From a virus (Duplodnaviria > Caudoviricetes): a stretch of DNA of 64,000 bases. Each line of letters opens with the position of its first letter. The first letter of the stretch is position 1. Made by a program: the position numbers and the translations under genes. Below are positions 1 to 11,100 of this stretch, one piece after another. The stretch lies in IMG/VR virus record IMGVR_UViG_3300033463_004542, positions 34,092 through 98,091 of that record. One strand, written 5' to 3'. Below the pieces are notes generated by a model. The model was not told the origin of the DNA. It saw nothing but the letters and a program-made list of their open reading frames with translations, and ran no database searches.

Positions 1-69
1 TATCAACAACTTCTGCTCTCATCTTGTTTCCTAATGGAATAGTAATCATATTTGTATCTCCTTTGCTAA

Positions 70-459
70 TTATTCAATACACTTTGTATATTCTTCATCA
101 AATTCCCAAAAGAGTGGAGTGACATATTTTTGTAAATCACTCGGCTTCTTAATCTTTCTCATATCATAAGTAGTTCTGATAGTGAATTCAAAATCATCTA
201 CTTTACAATCTACTTCAATTGTTTTAGAATCCTCATCGATGTATGCTCTCAAATCAATGATATCATCCATCTGAAATGAATATGATTCTTCATGTCTTAA
301 CCTATCTTCAAGAGGGATTTCAATATATTCTATTTCATCATCACGAGTGAAGAAATCATCGTTTTCAAGGAAAGACTGTGCTTTTATTTCTTCTTGCGAT
401 TTTACCCAATCTTGAATTCTCTTAGACGCAGTGATTTTTTGATTCTTACGTATCTTCAT
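70..459 (-). CDS. Hypothetical acidic protein with leader variant MKIRKNQKITAS
   Basis: ORF track 70..492; AGGAG RBS precedes ATG at 459. Confidence 0.7.
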   Translation of the reverse strand: MKIRKNQKITASKRIQDWVKSQEEIKAQSFLENDDFFTRDDEIEYIEIPLEDRLRHEESYSFQMDDIIDLRAYIDEDSKTIEVDCKVDDFEFTIRTTYDMRKIKKPSDLQKYVTPLFWEFDEEYTKCIE

Positions 460-470
460 CTTTATACTCC

Positions 471-2060
471 TTATGTTGTCCAAACATTCCAAACTTCCTC
501 GGGATATTGAGGAGGATATATAAATCTTAATCCATTAAGTTGCTCAAGTCCTCCTAACTGTAATTTCCAAATTATCTGAGCAACTTGATTAGTTCCTACA
601 CGAATTATATTCTTCTGCACTTCTTGTCTATTTTCTGATTTACTCATATCTTTCCAAGAAGCAATCGTATATACTACACTTATGATAGAATGTTCCGCAG
701 GGGCTGTATTAAATATGATGCTATTATTAGATAACGAATAAGTATCTGTTGGTTGCGACTCTCCATCTATTGCTACAAATGTAATTGCAATAGCAGATTT
801 TGTGAGTTCAAACTCTGTAGTAGCCCCATCTCCTGTGAAGCTATCTTCTACTTCTATGCCTGTACTATCATCGTCTGTTGGCATTATTCTATAACCGGCA
901 AGGAGACCGTTATCTCCACTGTTATTCCAATATGCCTTTGACCAAAGGCCGGCCTCTGTGATATAGATATAATCGTTGTTACCTCTATATTGCTTTAATG
1001 AGCCTGTCGAAACAAATGCTGAATAGATAACATCGAGTGTATTTGGAATCTCTGACTGAACCTCAGGAACAATATTTCTATAAGTTATCTGACTTCTTAA
1101 AGAATCCATTTCAAGGACTTCACAATTAACTGCTTCTTGGCTTTCAACTGTATAAATAGCAGCAATTCTTCCAACATATGTATCACCGTTAAGTAAATAA
1201 AGTATGGTTGAAGCTGTATAATAAGCTATTTCAATCTCATCTCCAACATCAGGAGCATTACCTAATGTAACTGTATTATTACTATCATCATAAGTATAAG
1301 CTACTTCGACGTCATTTACTGCTACTGTTATGATAGTTCTTGCTTTAAAGCCCAATGTAAATTCAACAGTGGCACCATCTCCAGTAAATTTTTCAGTTAG
1401 GCTATTGAATGTTTCGTAATCATTGACAGATAATAGCATTCTAGTAACAGATGAATCATGTAAGTTTTGGTTGATTACACCTTCAGGATATACAGTTACT
1501 GAGGTAATATCAAGAGGAGCATTACTTAACTCGTAATAGATTTGACCTGCGTCATAGAAGTCCTGAGTAAGTTTAGCAGGTTTATCAGAATAAGGATAAC
1601 CTAAACCAAACCATTCACGGTTGTTGTTAGTATTACTATCGTAGCCGTCTGCACCAAATCCGGGTGCTTGATTGATGTATTCTTCAAATCTTAATTGAGC
1701 ATTTAACTCTTTCTCTTCGGCAGTTGCACTTGCAGGAGCTACAGGAGTATAACCTATTCCTGCAGGGACTGTTATTTCTTCCTCATCAACTTCTATAGTT
1801 TCCGAATCTTGCGAAGTCAAACCCATTGTGCCTAATGAGATATACTGTGGCACCCACATAGATAAAGTGTCTGAACCTTGATTCAATACACCATCGCCCA
1901 TTAAGTAATGAGCGATTCCGGTCAGCAAGGAATTAGTAGCAGCATTATGACCTATGTGTTCTTGAACTACTTTTCCAGTAGGTTCATCAATAACACGAAT
2001 GGTTACATTCTGCTTTACATCAAGTCTTTTGATTATGTCTAATGGGTTGGTTGTAGACAT
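471..2060 (-). CDS. Baseplate/tail-fibre attachment structural protein with inserted FTGDG beta-sandwich modules
   Basis: 529 aa; HN..T motif near the N-terminus and ITEAGL motif resembling fibre-collar proteins; two FTGDG modules; follows the fibre genes. Confidence 0.55.
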   Translation of the reverse strand: MSTTNPLDIIKRLDVKQNVTIRVIDEPTGKVVQEHIGHNAATNSLLTGIAHYLMGDGVLNQGSDTLSMWVPQYISLGTMGLTSQDSETIEVDEEEITVPAGIGYTPVAPASATAEEKELNAQLRFEEYINQAPGFGADGYDSNTNNNREWFGLGYPYSDKPAKLTQDFYDAGQIYYELSNAPLDITSVTVYPEGVINQNLHDSSVTRMLLSVNDYETFNSLTEKFTGDGATVEFTLGFKARTIITVAVNDVEVAYTYDDSNNTVTLGNAPDVGDEIEIAYYTASTILYLLNGDTYVGRIAAIYTVESQEAVNCEVLEMDSLRSQITYRNIVPEVQSEIPNTLDVIYSAFVSTGSLKQYRGNNDYIYITEAGLWSKAYWNNSGDNGLLAGYRIMPTDDDSTGIEVEDSFTGDGATTEFELTKSAIAITFVAIDGESQPTDTYSLSNNSIIFNTAPAEHSIISVVYTIASWKDMSKSENRQEVQKNIIRVGTNQVAQIIWKLQLGGLEQLNGLRFIYPPQYPEEVWNVWTT

Positions 2061-2078
2061 TTGATATCTCCGAAAATT

Positions 2079-2330
2079 TTAATCCTCAACAAAATTTACT
2101 GTATAAAAGACAACCTCTTTACCAGTATTTGATGCCTTTTCAAGCAACTCACACTCAATATTGTATTGTTGCTCACTTTCAAGTGCATAATTACCATTAG
2201 CAGTATAAGGTTTGTCAAACTCTAAAGTAGTACCATCATCAAATTCTGCAATAGCTTCCCAGTGAGCAGATTTATAAGAAGATGCCCTTACATAATTACT
2301 GGGATATTTAGTAAATGTTCTCTTTGCCAC
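2079..2330 (-). CDS. Small hypothetical protein with extended leader MAKRTFTKYPSNYVRASS
   Basis: GTG start with AAGGAG RBS. Confidence 0.75.
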   Translation of the reverse strand: MAKRTFTKYPSNYVRASSYKSAHWEAIAEFDDGTTLEFDKPYTANGNYALESEQQYNIECELLEKASNTGKEVVFYTVNFVED

Positions 2331-2552
2331 AGGAAGTTTCTCCTTATAATAACTTATCTAATGCGCTCAGTTTGGTATTCCATAATTTCCCAGTCATCGC
2401 TGTCCGAATCATCAATAAAATTCCCGCCGTCGGTCTTTTCGGCTATCTCGTTAGCTTCATAGGCATCTTCTGCCTCGACATCAAGATAACAATAGGTAGT
2501 CATTTTTGCCCAAACTCTGTAAATTGCCATAGGAAATTTCTCCTTATAATAA
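2324..2552. repeat. 29-bp direct repeat (27/29 identical) at 2324-2352 and 2524-2552 covering RBS and start codon
   Basis: TTGCCA(C/T)AGGAA(G/A)TTTCTCCTTATAATAA occurs twice, 200 bp apart. Confidence 0.85.
2354..2530 (-). CDS. Small acidic hypothetical protein (58 aa, MAIYRVWAKMTTYCYLDVEAEDAYEA...), not in the ORF track
   Basis: Translated by hand; AAGGAG RBS; AACCTT motif about 40 nt upstream. Confidence 0.75.
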   Translation of the reverse strand: MAIYRVWAKMTTYCYLDVEAEDAYEANEIAEKTDGGNFIDDSDSDDWEIMEYQTERIR

Positions 2553-2570
2553 AATTATCTGTAAGTATAA

Positions 2571-2576
2571 AAGGTT
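2571..2576 (-). promoter_or_regulatory. Putative phage late promoter, AACCTTnnAT class
   Basis: AACCTTTTATAC about 40 nt upstream of the 2530 start. Confidence 0.6.
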
Positions 2577-3034
2577 TACGGTATCTCAGATGTAGTCGAA
2601 TCCTCATCATGATAGAAACTCTCTGTTGTCCTATAAGAATTTACTCCAGAAACAGTAAGGTTATAAGTATCAGGTGCTACCTCCCCCTCTTGTAGCGGAG
2701 TGCTTTTATTATCTATTCTTCTGTGGAGATTGGGATATGTATAACCTGAAGATGAATATTCAATTACAATATGTGATTCATTAGCAGGAGCAGCGGTTAC
2801 AAATGTAACTTTCAGATTACTTTTGTCTAATTTATAATCAGTTGAAGAAACAACAACTCCATCAACTGTGACTTCAGTTATACTAATAGCATTTGTAGAT
2901 AAATCAAAAGTTACTTTGGTGCCATCACCTATGAACTTATCCTTCACTTCGTGAATTTCTGATTCTTTTGCAATCTCTTCTGGAGTTGCTGGTTTAGCAG
3001 GACCTTGTGCCATTTTGTAATCGTCTATACTCAT
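2576..3034 (-). CDS. Virion protein with one FTGDG-type beta-sandwich module
   Basis: KFIGDGTKVTFDL...AAPANESHIVIEY. Confidence 0.6.
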   Translation of the reverse strand: MSIDDYKMAQGPAKPATPEEIAKESEIHEVKDKFIGDGTKVTFDLSTNAISITEVTVDGVVVSSTDYKLDKSNLKVTFVTAAPANESHIVIEYSSSGYTYPNLHRRIDNKSTPLQEGEVAPDTYNLTVSGVNSYRTTESFYHDEDSTTSEIP

Positions 3035-3051
3035 AGTGAAGTTTTGCTCCT

Positions 3052-3921
3052 TTATTCAGAGTATGTTATAGAAACCAATGAATGAGTTCCGATAGCAAAA
3101 TAAGATTTATTACCGCTAAGATATTTAGTATCGCCAAAACCTACTGTAGTGCAATCATAAATATCGGTAGAAGTGAATACTTTAATAGAACCGCTTACGA
3201 AGCTACTATTTGGAATATAATCCAAATACCCAGGTCTAGCTTCATATGAAAACCTAGAGGATTTTGTTACAGAATTAGTACCATCTGCATCATACAAAGA
3301 AGCATTATCAATGATATTAGGTCCAGAATAACCTCCCCATTTCCACTTTGTAACTCCGCCCTCGGTTACTCTAATCCTCATTATGCCGACACCGCTTGCA
3401 TCTTTAAAATCTGAAGCATTATAAGGGCTAATCCACAAGATAAATATATTCTGGTCAGTATATATTGTGTATCGGTGCTGTCTATCTATTGAATCTTCTA
3501 CATAAGATGTCCTAAATTTGTGAGTTGAGTTCCATGTAGATGCTCTATATTCAATGCAGGTATCATACGAATAAGTGTCTATATTTTTAGACATAATATA
3601 ATTACCGCCACACAATAATCCAAAATTATATCCAGAAGATGCGGAATATTGATTATAATAAGAATCGGTCGGAAAAATCTGTACTCGGAGAATTACTCCA
3701 TCAGCAAGATTAAAGTCAGCATTAGTATATTTATTTTTAGTAATCCCCCAATCAGATGTTGATGCATCAGTAATTGTTATATAATCACCAGTCCCACTAT
3801 CCCATTTAGTGATGTCGCAAGTAATACCTTCCCAAAGCCCTTTAATTTTATTGTAGGTAGCGGCAAAGAAATCACTCTCACTCCCGGTGGTTCGAACTAC
3901 ATCAGTAGAAAATGTTCCCAT
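3052..3921 (-). CDS. Putative tail fibre/receptor-binding protein (paralog of 3933..4673)
   Basis: Shared C-terminus F.Y.A.PGYL.Y...D...C.TV..G...YFAIG.H.L; lies in the fibre cluster. Confidence 0.5.
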   Translation of the reverse strand: MGTFSTDVVRTTGSESDFFAATYNKIKGLWEGITCDITKWDSGTGDYITITDASTSDWGITKNKYTNADFNLADGVILRVQIFPTDSYYNQYSASSGYNFGLLCGGNYIMSKNIDTYSYDTCIEYRASTWNSTHKFRTSYVEDSIDRQHRYTIYTDQNIFILWISPYNASDFKDASGVGIMRIRVTEGGVTKWKWGGYSGPNIIDNASLYDADGTNSVTKSSRFSYEARPGYLDYIPNSSFVSGSIKVFTSTDIYDCTTVGFGDTKYLSGNKSYFAIGTHSLVSITYSE

Positions 3922-3932
3922 AGTTATCTCCT

Positions 3933-4673
3933 TTAATCTATCGCAATAAGTGTATGTGGTCCAATAGCAAAATAATTATCTGACTGAATTGCTACGGAAC
4001 TTCCTATTGTAACTGTACTGCAATTAACAAAATCTTCTAACCTAAATTGCTCTTGCCCAGCATTGACGAATGAAACATGCGTAACATATTCTAAATACCC
4101 TGGTGCTGCTGCATAGTTAAAAAGAGAGGTTGCAGTATATGCAACAGACGCATCTCCTCCTTTATAAAGAGGTGCAAGCTCGAAATTAGGTGAACCATAT
4201 CCGCCACAATACTTATAACTGTCTGAATCAGTTATAAATGCAACAACTGCACTGGTGTCAGATATTGATGTTTTGTTATATGAACCTAACCACAGGAAAA
4301 TATAGCCTGCATCAGCATCAACTACGGAAGCCATATAAAATTTTCTCATTGCATCATTACCATAATAAGTATTACTTTCGATATAGGATATACTTGCAGA
4401 TGCTTTAGTTTCACCGCTTACTATGATATAGCAATTATAATAGTTGGTATTGTAGCTTAATTTATTTGCTCGGGTTAATCTGATTACAAGCCCCGGAAAA
4501 TCAGAAGATGAAAATCCGAATGTAGGAGTATTTCCGCTTGATGCAAATTGAGTATCTACATCAGTATCACAAGAAAATGAATTATCTAACCCTAATATAC
4601 GAGCAGATATTGCACTAATAAATGCCTTTTCTACTCCAGAATTCTCTACAAGGCCTTTCACTATCGTAGCCAT
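3933..4673 (-). CDS. Putative tail fibre/receptor-binding protein (paralog of 3052..3921)
   Basis: Shared C-terminal motif; context. Confidence 0.5.
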   Translation of the reverse strand: MATIVKGLVENSGVEKAFISAISARILGLDNSFSCDTDVDTQFASSGNTPTFGFSSSDFPGLVIRLTRANKLSYNTNYYNCYIIVSGETKASASISYIESNTYYGNDAMRKFYMASVVDADAGYIFLWLGSYNKTSISDTSAVVAFITDSDSYKYCGGYGSPNFELAPLYKGGDASVAYTATSLFNYAAAPGYLEYVTHVSFVNAGQEQFRLEDFVNCSTVTIGSSVAIQSDNYFAIGPHTLIAID

Positions 4674-4682
4674 AAAACCTCC

Positions 4683-4982
4683 TTATACTACTTCATCCCA
4701 CTTCTCTGAATCAAAAGGTTCAGGAGTAGTAACTGCCAATATACATACATACAAGGTATCATTATAGAATACATAATCTCCGACTTCGTAAGTTAATTGG
4801 TCACTGTAAACTAGCTGAGCACTTTGGATTTGAACTTCTTGGACATTGGGATTAGTTACATTTACACTAACACTAGAATATCCATCAGCACTATCAGAAC
4901 TTGCATTATAAGTTCCGTTCTCTGTTATACTTTTTGTAACAAGAGTTGGTTGGCTACCGCCACCGGTTCTATACCAAGCCAT
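4683..4982 (-). CDS. Short fibre-associated protein with C-terminal CBM5/12-like module
   Basis: KSITENGTY repeat and YSDQLTYEVGDYVFYNDTLYVC...PEPFDSEKW. Confidence 0.6.
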   Translation of the reverse strand: MAWYRTGGGSQPTLVTKSITENGTYNASSDSADGYSSVSVNVTNPNVQEVQIQSAQLVYSDQLTYEVGDYVFYNDTLYVCILAVTTPEPFDSEKWDEVV

Positions 4983-5557
4983 TATGATACCCTCACTTTC
5001 ACTTCAACATCATTTGCTTGTGCCTCAAATGTAAGAACAATTTGCCCTGAAGTAACTGCCTGATTAGTAGGGCTAACCCCGAAAGTATCTGTATATACAT
5101 CTATTGTACTATCGGTAGTTATTTTTGCATTTGCTATTGTCAAAGAAGTTTCTCCTGCTTCTAATGTACCAGTGAAGTCATACCAAGTTCCTTCGCCATC
5201 GGCAAATTTGATACCTACTATCTCTTTGAGTTGCGTCCCATTTTCTACTGTTTTTATAGTTACTTCATCCGTTGCCGAGAAACTCCCTATCAATCTACGA
5301 CTAACATTTCCAAATGACAAATTACCTAATAATAAATCGTCATCCAATAATATATTTCTGGTTTCAAATGCTGTGGAAGTGTAATGTGTACCATCTGTGT
5401 TATAACACTTTACAATAAGCAAATCATAATCGGTATAATGTCCGTCTAATTGAACTGCCCCAGTCGAACCAGCCGTACCTGAATAGATAGTATTAACAAC
5501 CGCATTTACAGGAGTTCCCCCTGTATAACAAATGTCATTTAACATTAACCTTCCCAT
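4982..5557 (-). CDS. Tail fibre-associated protein
   Basis: 191 aa beta-rich protein in the fibre cluster; RBS present. Confidence 0.55.
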   Translation of the reverse strand: MGRLMLNDICYTGGTPVNAVVNTIYSGTAGSTGAVQLDGHYTDYDLLIVKCYNTDGTHYTSTAFETRNILLDDDLLLGNLSFGNVSRRLIGSFSATDEVTIKTVENGTQLKEIVGIKFADGEGTWYDFTGTLEAGETSLTIANAKITTDSTIDVYTDTFGVSPTNQAVTSGQIVLTFEAQANDVEVKVRVS

Positions 5558-5573
5558 AATCTTATCTCCTTAT

Positions 5574-6461
5574 TTATGAACTTGTTTTGGTGTAACGGAC
5601 AGTAATCAGATATGAACGATGAGCGTCTGGGGAAAACTCGCTGGTAGAACATCTAACATATATTTTGGTAGCAGTTACTACCCAACCTATTGGAAAAACT
5701 GTACCTGCCGAAATACCATTTGTAGCCGTTACCCATGTACCATTTTCAAAATCTGTGTAAGCTGATTCTACAAATTTTACACTACCGATACCAGATATAT
5801 TATGCACTAATTGCGAAGTGCTTTCGCTATTAGTGAGTTTCTTATTATTAAAGTATAAGGTCTGTTCATATAAAGTAGAGCCATCGTACCAAGTGCCTAC
5901 AACTTGCTCACTTGTAGAATAATGACGAGCCGGAACACCTTGCGGAGTCCAAGTTCCTGAACCGGCTGTATCGGTTGTTTTGGTGTAACGGAAAGTGATT
6001 ATTACAGCATCACAATTCCAACCTCCGCCAATTCTCCAACTTACCCCAGTAGAACTTACATCAAATACCGATGCCCACCAAGAGGAGTTAGTACCCTCAA
6101 AACCCTGGATAGTTTCACCGTAGGCAGTTCTTAATGCATGCCAACCATTTACAAATATATGGTCAACATTTGCAATATTATGTGCAACAAAATCTTGTCT
6201 ACCGCTTGGATTAGGGAAACTAATAGTCTTTTCGTACAACGGTTTACCGTCAATCCAAACACCAATCTCCCTTTCGGTTTCGGAATAGATAACAGGCTGA
6301 AATTGTGAATCATCTCCATTAACATCAGTAAGGAAATACATAGTTCCGTCTGTCTTTTGTTCAGGGGTAAGTGCCATATACTCATCATAGGTGAGTTCTT
6401 GGTAATTGGTGTTACCACCTCCACCGCCGCTAACTACTTTGCCGTTTACATATAAAGCCAT
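5574..6461 (-). CDS. Tail fibre protein with two YS.TE..IG.W.DG..LY...RYTK modules
   Basis: LTYDEYMAL..K.DGTMYF fibre motif plus two tandem terminal modules. Confidence 0.7.
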   Translation of the reverse strand: MALYVNGKVVSGGGGGNTNYQELTYDEYMALTPEQKTDGTMYFLTDVNGDDSQFQPVIYSETEREIGVWIDGKPLYEKTISFPNPSGRQDFVAHNIANVDHIFVNGWHALRTAYGETIQGFEGTNSSWWASVFDVSSTGVSWRIGGGWNCDAVIITFRYTKTTDTAGSGTWTPQGVPARHYSTSEQVVGTWYDGSTLYEQTLYFNNKKLTNSESTSQLVHNISGIGSVKFVESAYTDFENGTWVTATNGISAGTVFPIGWVVTATKIYVRCSTSEFSPDAHRSYLITVRYTKTSS

Positions 6462-6475
6462 AATCTATCTCTCCT

Positions 6476-8152
6476 TTATGCACTTGCTTTGGTGTATCTA
6501 ACAGTTACATAACAAGTACCTGAATATCCTGTTATGCAACCGCCAATATGGTATTTGTTATCAGTAGAATTAAAATCGACATTGGTGAAAGCATTATAAG
6601 CATTTGTAAGGTAAAAATTCAGTCCTCTGCGATTTACACCGCATAAGAAGAATCCATCGGCTATATACATAATTGCCGTACTGTCTAATCCTGCGATATC
6701 AAGTGTATAATCAAAATTAGTGCCACTTGTTGCAGGGAAAGTTACAGTTCTTTCATAGACCGTACTTCCGTCTATCCAAGTGCCAATAACATGCTCGGTT
6801 GTAGAATAATGAACTGCAGGAACTCCCTGCGGTGTCCAAGTCCCCGAACCTGCCGTATCGGTTGTTTTAGTATAGCGGATAGTTACCTCAACATCTGCGG
6901 TATCGCCGTTCCAAGTGGAACAATAAAACCTAACATAACCCGAAGATGTAACCGAAACACACAAATACTGTCCGATTCCTGTTTGTTGTCCGTTATACTG
7001 TATTGTTACTGCTCCGTCTGTACTAACAAGAGTATCAATGTCACTTATCTGTTCTATATTCTGCCAATCACTTGTACTAATTGTAATATTGTTCACAAGA
7101 AAGGTCTTTTGATATAGTGGTTTTCCGTCAATCCAAACACCGATTTCTCGTTCAGTTTCAGAATAGATAACTGGTTGAAACTCATTATCGGGAGTGCTGG
7201 TAGCATCGGTTACATTTATGATACCTACTTTTTCATCAGCAGATAATTGTTCAAACTCTAATGCTGTCATTTCACGGACAACATTAACCTCGGTTATCTG
7301 GTCTGTATTATTATCTATGGAGTATGCCCCCTTAAACTGAAGGTCGGCTCTTTGTGTAAGGCTTGTACCTTCGTCGTCAAGAATGGTATGACCTCCGCCT
7401 CCGCCACCTCCAGCGTCCAGAGCAATCGTAGCATCCGATGATTGATTAAGGGTAATCGAACCCTTGGTTGTTCCTCCTTGAGTAAATGTTATCGTGGCGT
7501 CATTTACTGTTGGAATATTAGGTTTACTTGAAAGGTCATTATAACTACCGCTTGTAGCAACTGTTGCCAGTGTTGGTTTATTTAATATCTGGGAAACACC
7601 ACTACTACTGTTCCAATCTGAATTTACCTGAGCCGCAGGAATTGTAGGCTTATTGAGGATTTGAGCTACACCACTAACAGCATCCCAATCTGAATTTACT
7701 TGTGCTGCCGGAATTGTAGGCGGATTAAGTAAATCGCCATAATCACCACTCGTTGCTACGGCTGCTAAACTCGCTACTGTTGCATAATCAGAAGCATCGG
7801 AAAGCTCCGCAACCGTAGTAGGTACGGTTATATCGATAGTTTCATTAGAAGATGCATTAGCCGTAAATGAACCTATCTCGGTACTGTTTACTTGTATCGA
7901 TAATGTAGCGTCATTTACAGTCGGGATATCCCCTGCTACTTCGTTGATTGCACCTACCAGAGTTTTATCAGTAGTATCGAGGTCATTAGTAAATTCAGTA
8001 GTGATTGCCACATGCTCCGCAACATCTCCGATAGTAGCCTTTACCGAAGTATAGGTACTATCCTGATTATCATTAGATACTTCCACAAGGTCAGTATCGT
8101 GCATTGTAGCGATAGCATTTAAGTCAGATATTTTCTTTGATGTACCCGGCAT
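6476..8152 (-). CDS. Tail fibre protein
   Basis: KKISDL N-terminus; LAxVATSGxYxDL and QVNSDW repeats; two terminal modules as in 5574..6461. Confidence 0.75.
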   Translation of the reverse strand: MPGTSKKISDLNAIATMHDTDLVEVSNDNQDSTYTSVKATIGDVAEHVAITTEFTNDLDTTDKTLVGAINEVAGDIPTVNDATLSIQVNSTEIGSFTANASSNETIDITVPTTVAELSDASDYATVASLAAVATSGDYGDLLNPPTIPAAQVNSDWDAVSGVAQILNKPTIPAAQVNSDWNSSSGVSQILNKPTLATVATSGSYNDLSSKPNIPTVNDATITFTQGGTTKGSITLNQSSDATIALDAGGGGGGGHTILDDEGTSLTQRADLQFKGAYSIDNNTDQITEVNVVREMTALEFEQLSADEKVGIINVTDATSTPDNEFQPVIYSETEREIGVWIDGKPLYQKTFLVNNITISTSDWQNIEQISDIDTLVSTDGAVTIQYNGQQTGIGQYLCVSVTSSGYVRFYCSTWNGDTADVEVTIRYTKTTDTAGSGTWTPQGVPAVHYSTTEHVIGTWIDGSTVYERTVTFPATSGTNFDYTLDIAGLDSTAIMYIADGFFLCGVNRRGLNFYLTNAYNAFTNVDFNSTDNKYHIGGCITGYSGTCYVTVRYTKASA

Positions 8153-8164
8153 AACTATTCTCCT

Positions 8165-11100
8165 TTATTCTTCTTGCTCCAATATTCTATCTGAGCCGTC
8201 TTCCGTTATTCTTTGGTCACCATTTTCTGTTATTAAAGGTATTCCGAATAAGTATCTCTCTATTGCTTCTATTCTATCAGCAAGTGAAGTCAACTCACTA
8301 TTGATTTTGCTTGAACTCCAAGTCTTATCTAATGCAATATCATTATCATCAATAACTGCTCCGCCACCACCATTAGGTGCATAAAGTTCAGTCGTAACGC
8401 CATCTACCTCGATATCGGCAATATGAGTTCCTGTATCTTGTATCTGCGTTACTTGGACAGAAGAACCTGCGGAAGGGACTAAAATCTCCGTATCCGTGCC
8501 GTCTATTGTTATAGTAGCAACTTTTGTTCCTGTCGATAAAGTATCGTCAATAGATACTGAAGTCGGTGTAGGTGCATATAAATCAGTAGAAGTACCATCT
8601 ACATCAATTTCTGCTACCTTTGTACCAGATTGCTGTGTTTGGGTTACTGTTACTGAACCTACCGCATTAGGTGTATAGAGATGAGAAGTGGTACCATCTA
8701 CAGTGATATCTGCGATATTGACACCGGACTGCACTACCGGCTCAACTACAACAGTAGAACCGCCACCGCCTCCGTTAGGAGAATAAATATCAGTAGTTGT
8801 TCCGTCAATTGTAATCTCTGCTATCTTTGTACCAGTAGACTGAACTTGTGTAACAGATACTTCGCTACCTAATTCGGAATATAATTCATTAATAGCTGCC
8901 GCTATACTCTGCGAAGATGTTGATAAGGTAGTACCTGTTGTCAAATCTCCGGCAATTACAAGATTACCAGACCAATCAAGTGTTAAAGCATTAGACCTAG
9001 TTACAACTCCGCCGTCGTCTTCACCATTACCAATAATAACTGCTTTATTAGCATCTGCTACATTATATTTACCGCCTACATGCTGATAATTACCAATTGC
9101 AATATTGTAGTAACCTTCAACATGAGTACCTTCGATAGAATCGATAGGCTCCCACATAGCAGCAACTGTTCCAGTTACTTTAGCAACATTTCCTGAACCA
9201 CTCTTAGATTCTGATTCAGGATTAAGTAAGTAGTACCCATTAGAAGTTGTTGTTTTGAATGGAGTTAATAATGAAGTTATACGAGACCATTTATTATTTT
9301 CTAATGGAGATTGACCTGTAGGAACATCGTTAGTGGCATAATAATATCGAGTTATTTGCTGACCATATGCATTTGAAACTACAAACTTAACTACATCCCC
9401 AGTTACATATGTTGTCGAAGCACTCCAAGTTGATGGTGATATTATCTGGACCGCATTGCTTGCCTGTATTTGACCAGGAGCAGTTATACACCTATATATG
9501 AATGGTCTAGTTGTTTCATTTTGATAATCAGGATTATATAATGCATTAGGTCCTACAATATCACCTACTGCATAGGTTGTTCCAAATACAAATGGACTAA
9601 TATTCTCAGAAACTCCAAGGAAGTTATGAGAACCTTCTGCGTGGACAGCAAAGCCAGTAACATCATTATGTTTACCTTCTACATGAGAACCGAGGGCATA
9701 AATATTATTCCCGCCGCCTTCGGCATGAGTTTTTGCACCGTGAATTTTGTTACCTGCGCCCTCTACGTGAGACTCTTCGCCAGATAGATTATTTCCTGCA
9801 CCTTCTACATGTGCTTGGACACCATAATTAGCGTTACCGGCGCCTTCTGTATGGGTTATATTAGAATTAGGAAGTGTACTATTTCCTGCACCTTCTACAT
9901 GAGAACTATATCCTACATTGTAGTTTCCCGCACCTTCTGTATGACCGTGGTCACCGCCAGTTACGTTACCGCTACCTTCTGCATGAGATTCTCTTCCGAA
10001 TCCAAGGTTTCCGCTACCCTCTACATGAGTAGCTTCACCATAAGCTAAACCACGGGTACCTTCTATGTGAGAAGCATCACCTTGTGCAATAGTTCCGCTA
10101 CCTTCTGCATGAGAACCTACACCACTTGCAGTAACTGGCCCACCAAATGAGGTTGTACCTTCTGCATGAGAAGCAAGGCCTGAAGCAATACTGCTGTGAC
10201 CTTCTGCATGAGCACCTGGACCTGAAGATGTAGTACTTATACCCTCAGCATGAGAGTAATCACCACTAGCAGTGCTTTCATTATACTCATCCATCTGGTT
10301 GAATAATTCTGCAGCAATACCAGTACCAGCTTTAATTGAAGGAAGTCCCCCACCGCCTCCACCACCATGGTCGTCTACATATTTCTTTGTAGCAACATCC
10401 ATTCCTGCGAGAGGAGCTAAGCCAACAGTAATTCTACCAGCAACATATTCATTACCATTCCAATCTAATGTTCTTACATTAGACCTGGCATTATCGCTAG
10501 TACCATTACCGACTATTTCTACATAAGTACCATGACCAGTACCACCCGATGGCGGAATATCTGCAATATTATATTTACCAAATACATGCTGGTCTCTACT
10601 TGCAGCAATTGTATATTCACCTTCGGCGTGGCTTGCTTCTTGCAGAGCTTGTGTATTTTCACCTTCGGCATGAGAACCATAACCAGATGATATAGTACTT
10701 ATGCCTTCTGCATGTGCATCTGTACCTGAAGCAGTTGTGTAATAGCCTTCAGCATGAGATACTTGACCAGATGCAGTTGTATGCTGTCCTTCTGCGTGGG
10801 AGTAAGAATTGCTAGCTACACATGCTTGTCCCTCAGCATGAGCATCAAAACCCGAAGCTGTTGTATGCTCACCTTCGGCATGTGAGTTATCTCCGGAAGC
10901 AGTAGTAGAATTGCCCTCTGCGTGGGCATATGTACCTTGAGCTTGAGAATATAAACCCTCAGAATGTGAAGCAACACCTATTGCTTTTGTGGAATTACCT
11001 TCTGCATGGGCACCGTCACTACCAGAAGCTATAGAAGATTGACCTTCTGCGTGAGCGTAATAGTTTGTAGCTTGAGTATAGTTACCTTCTGCATGGGAAT

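Noticed and set aside
5574-8152. Diversity-generating retroelement or shufflon in the fibre genes
   Set aside because: No reverse transcriptase or invertase in the window; differences between repeats are not adenine-specific and all copies are in the same orientation within ORFs
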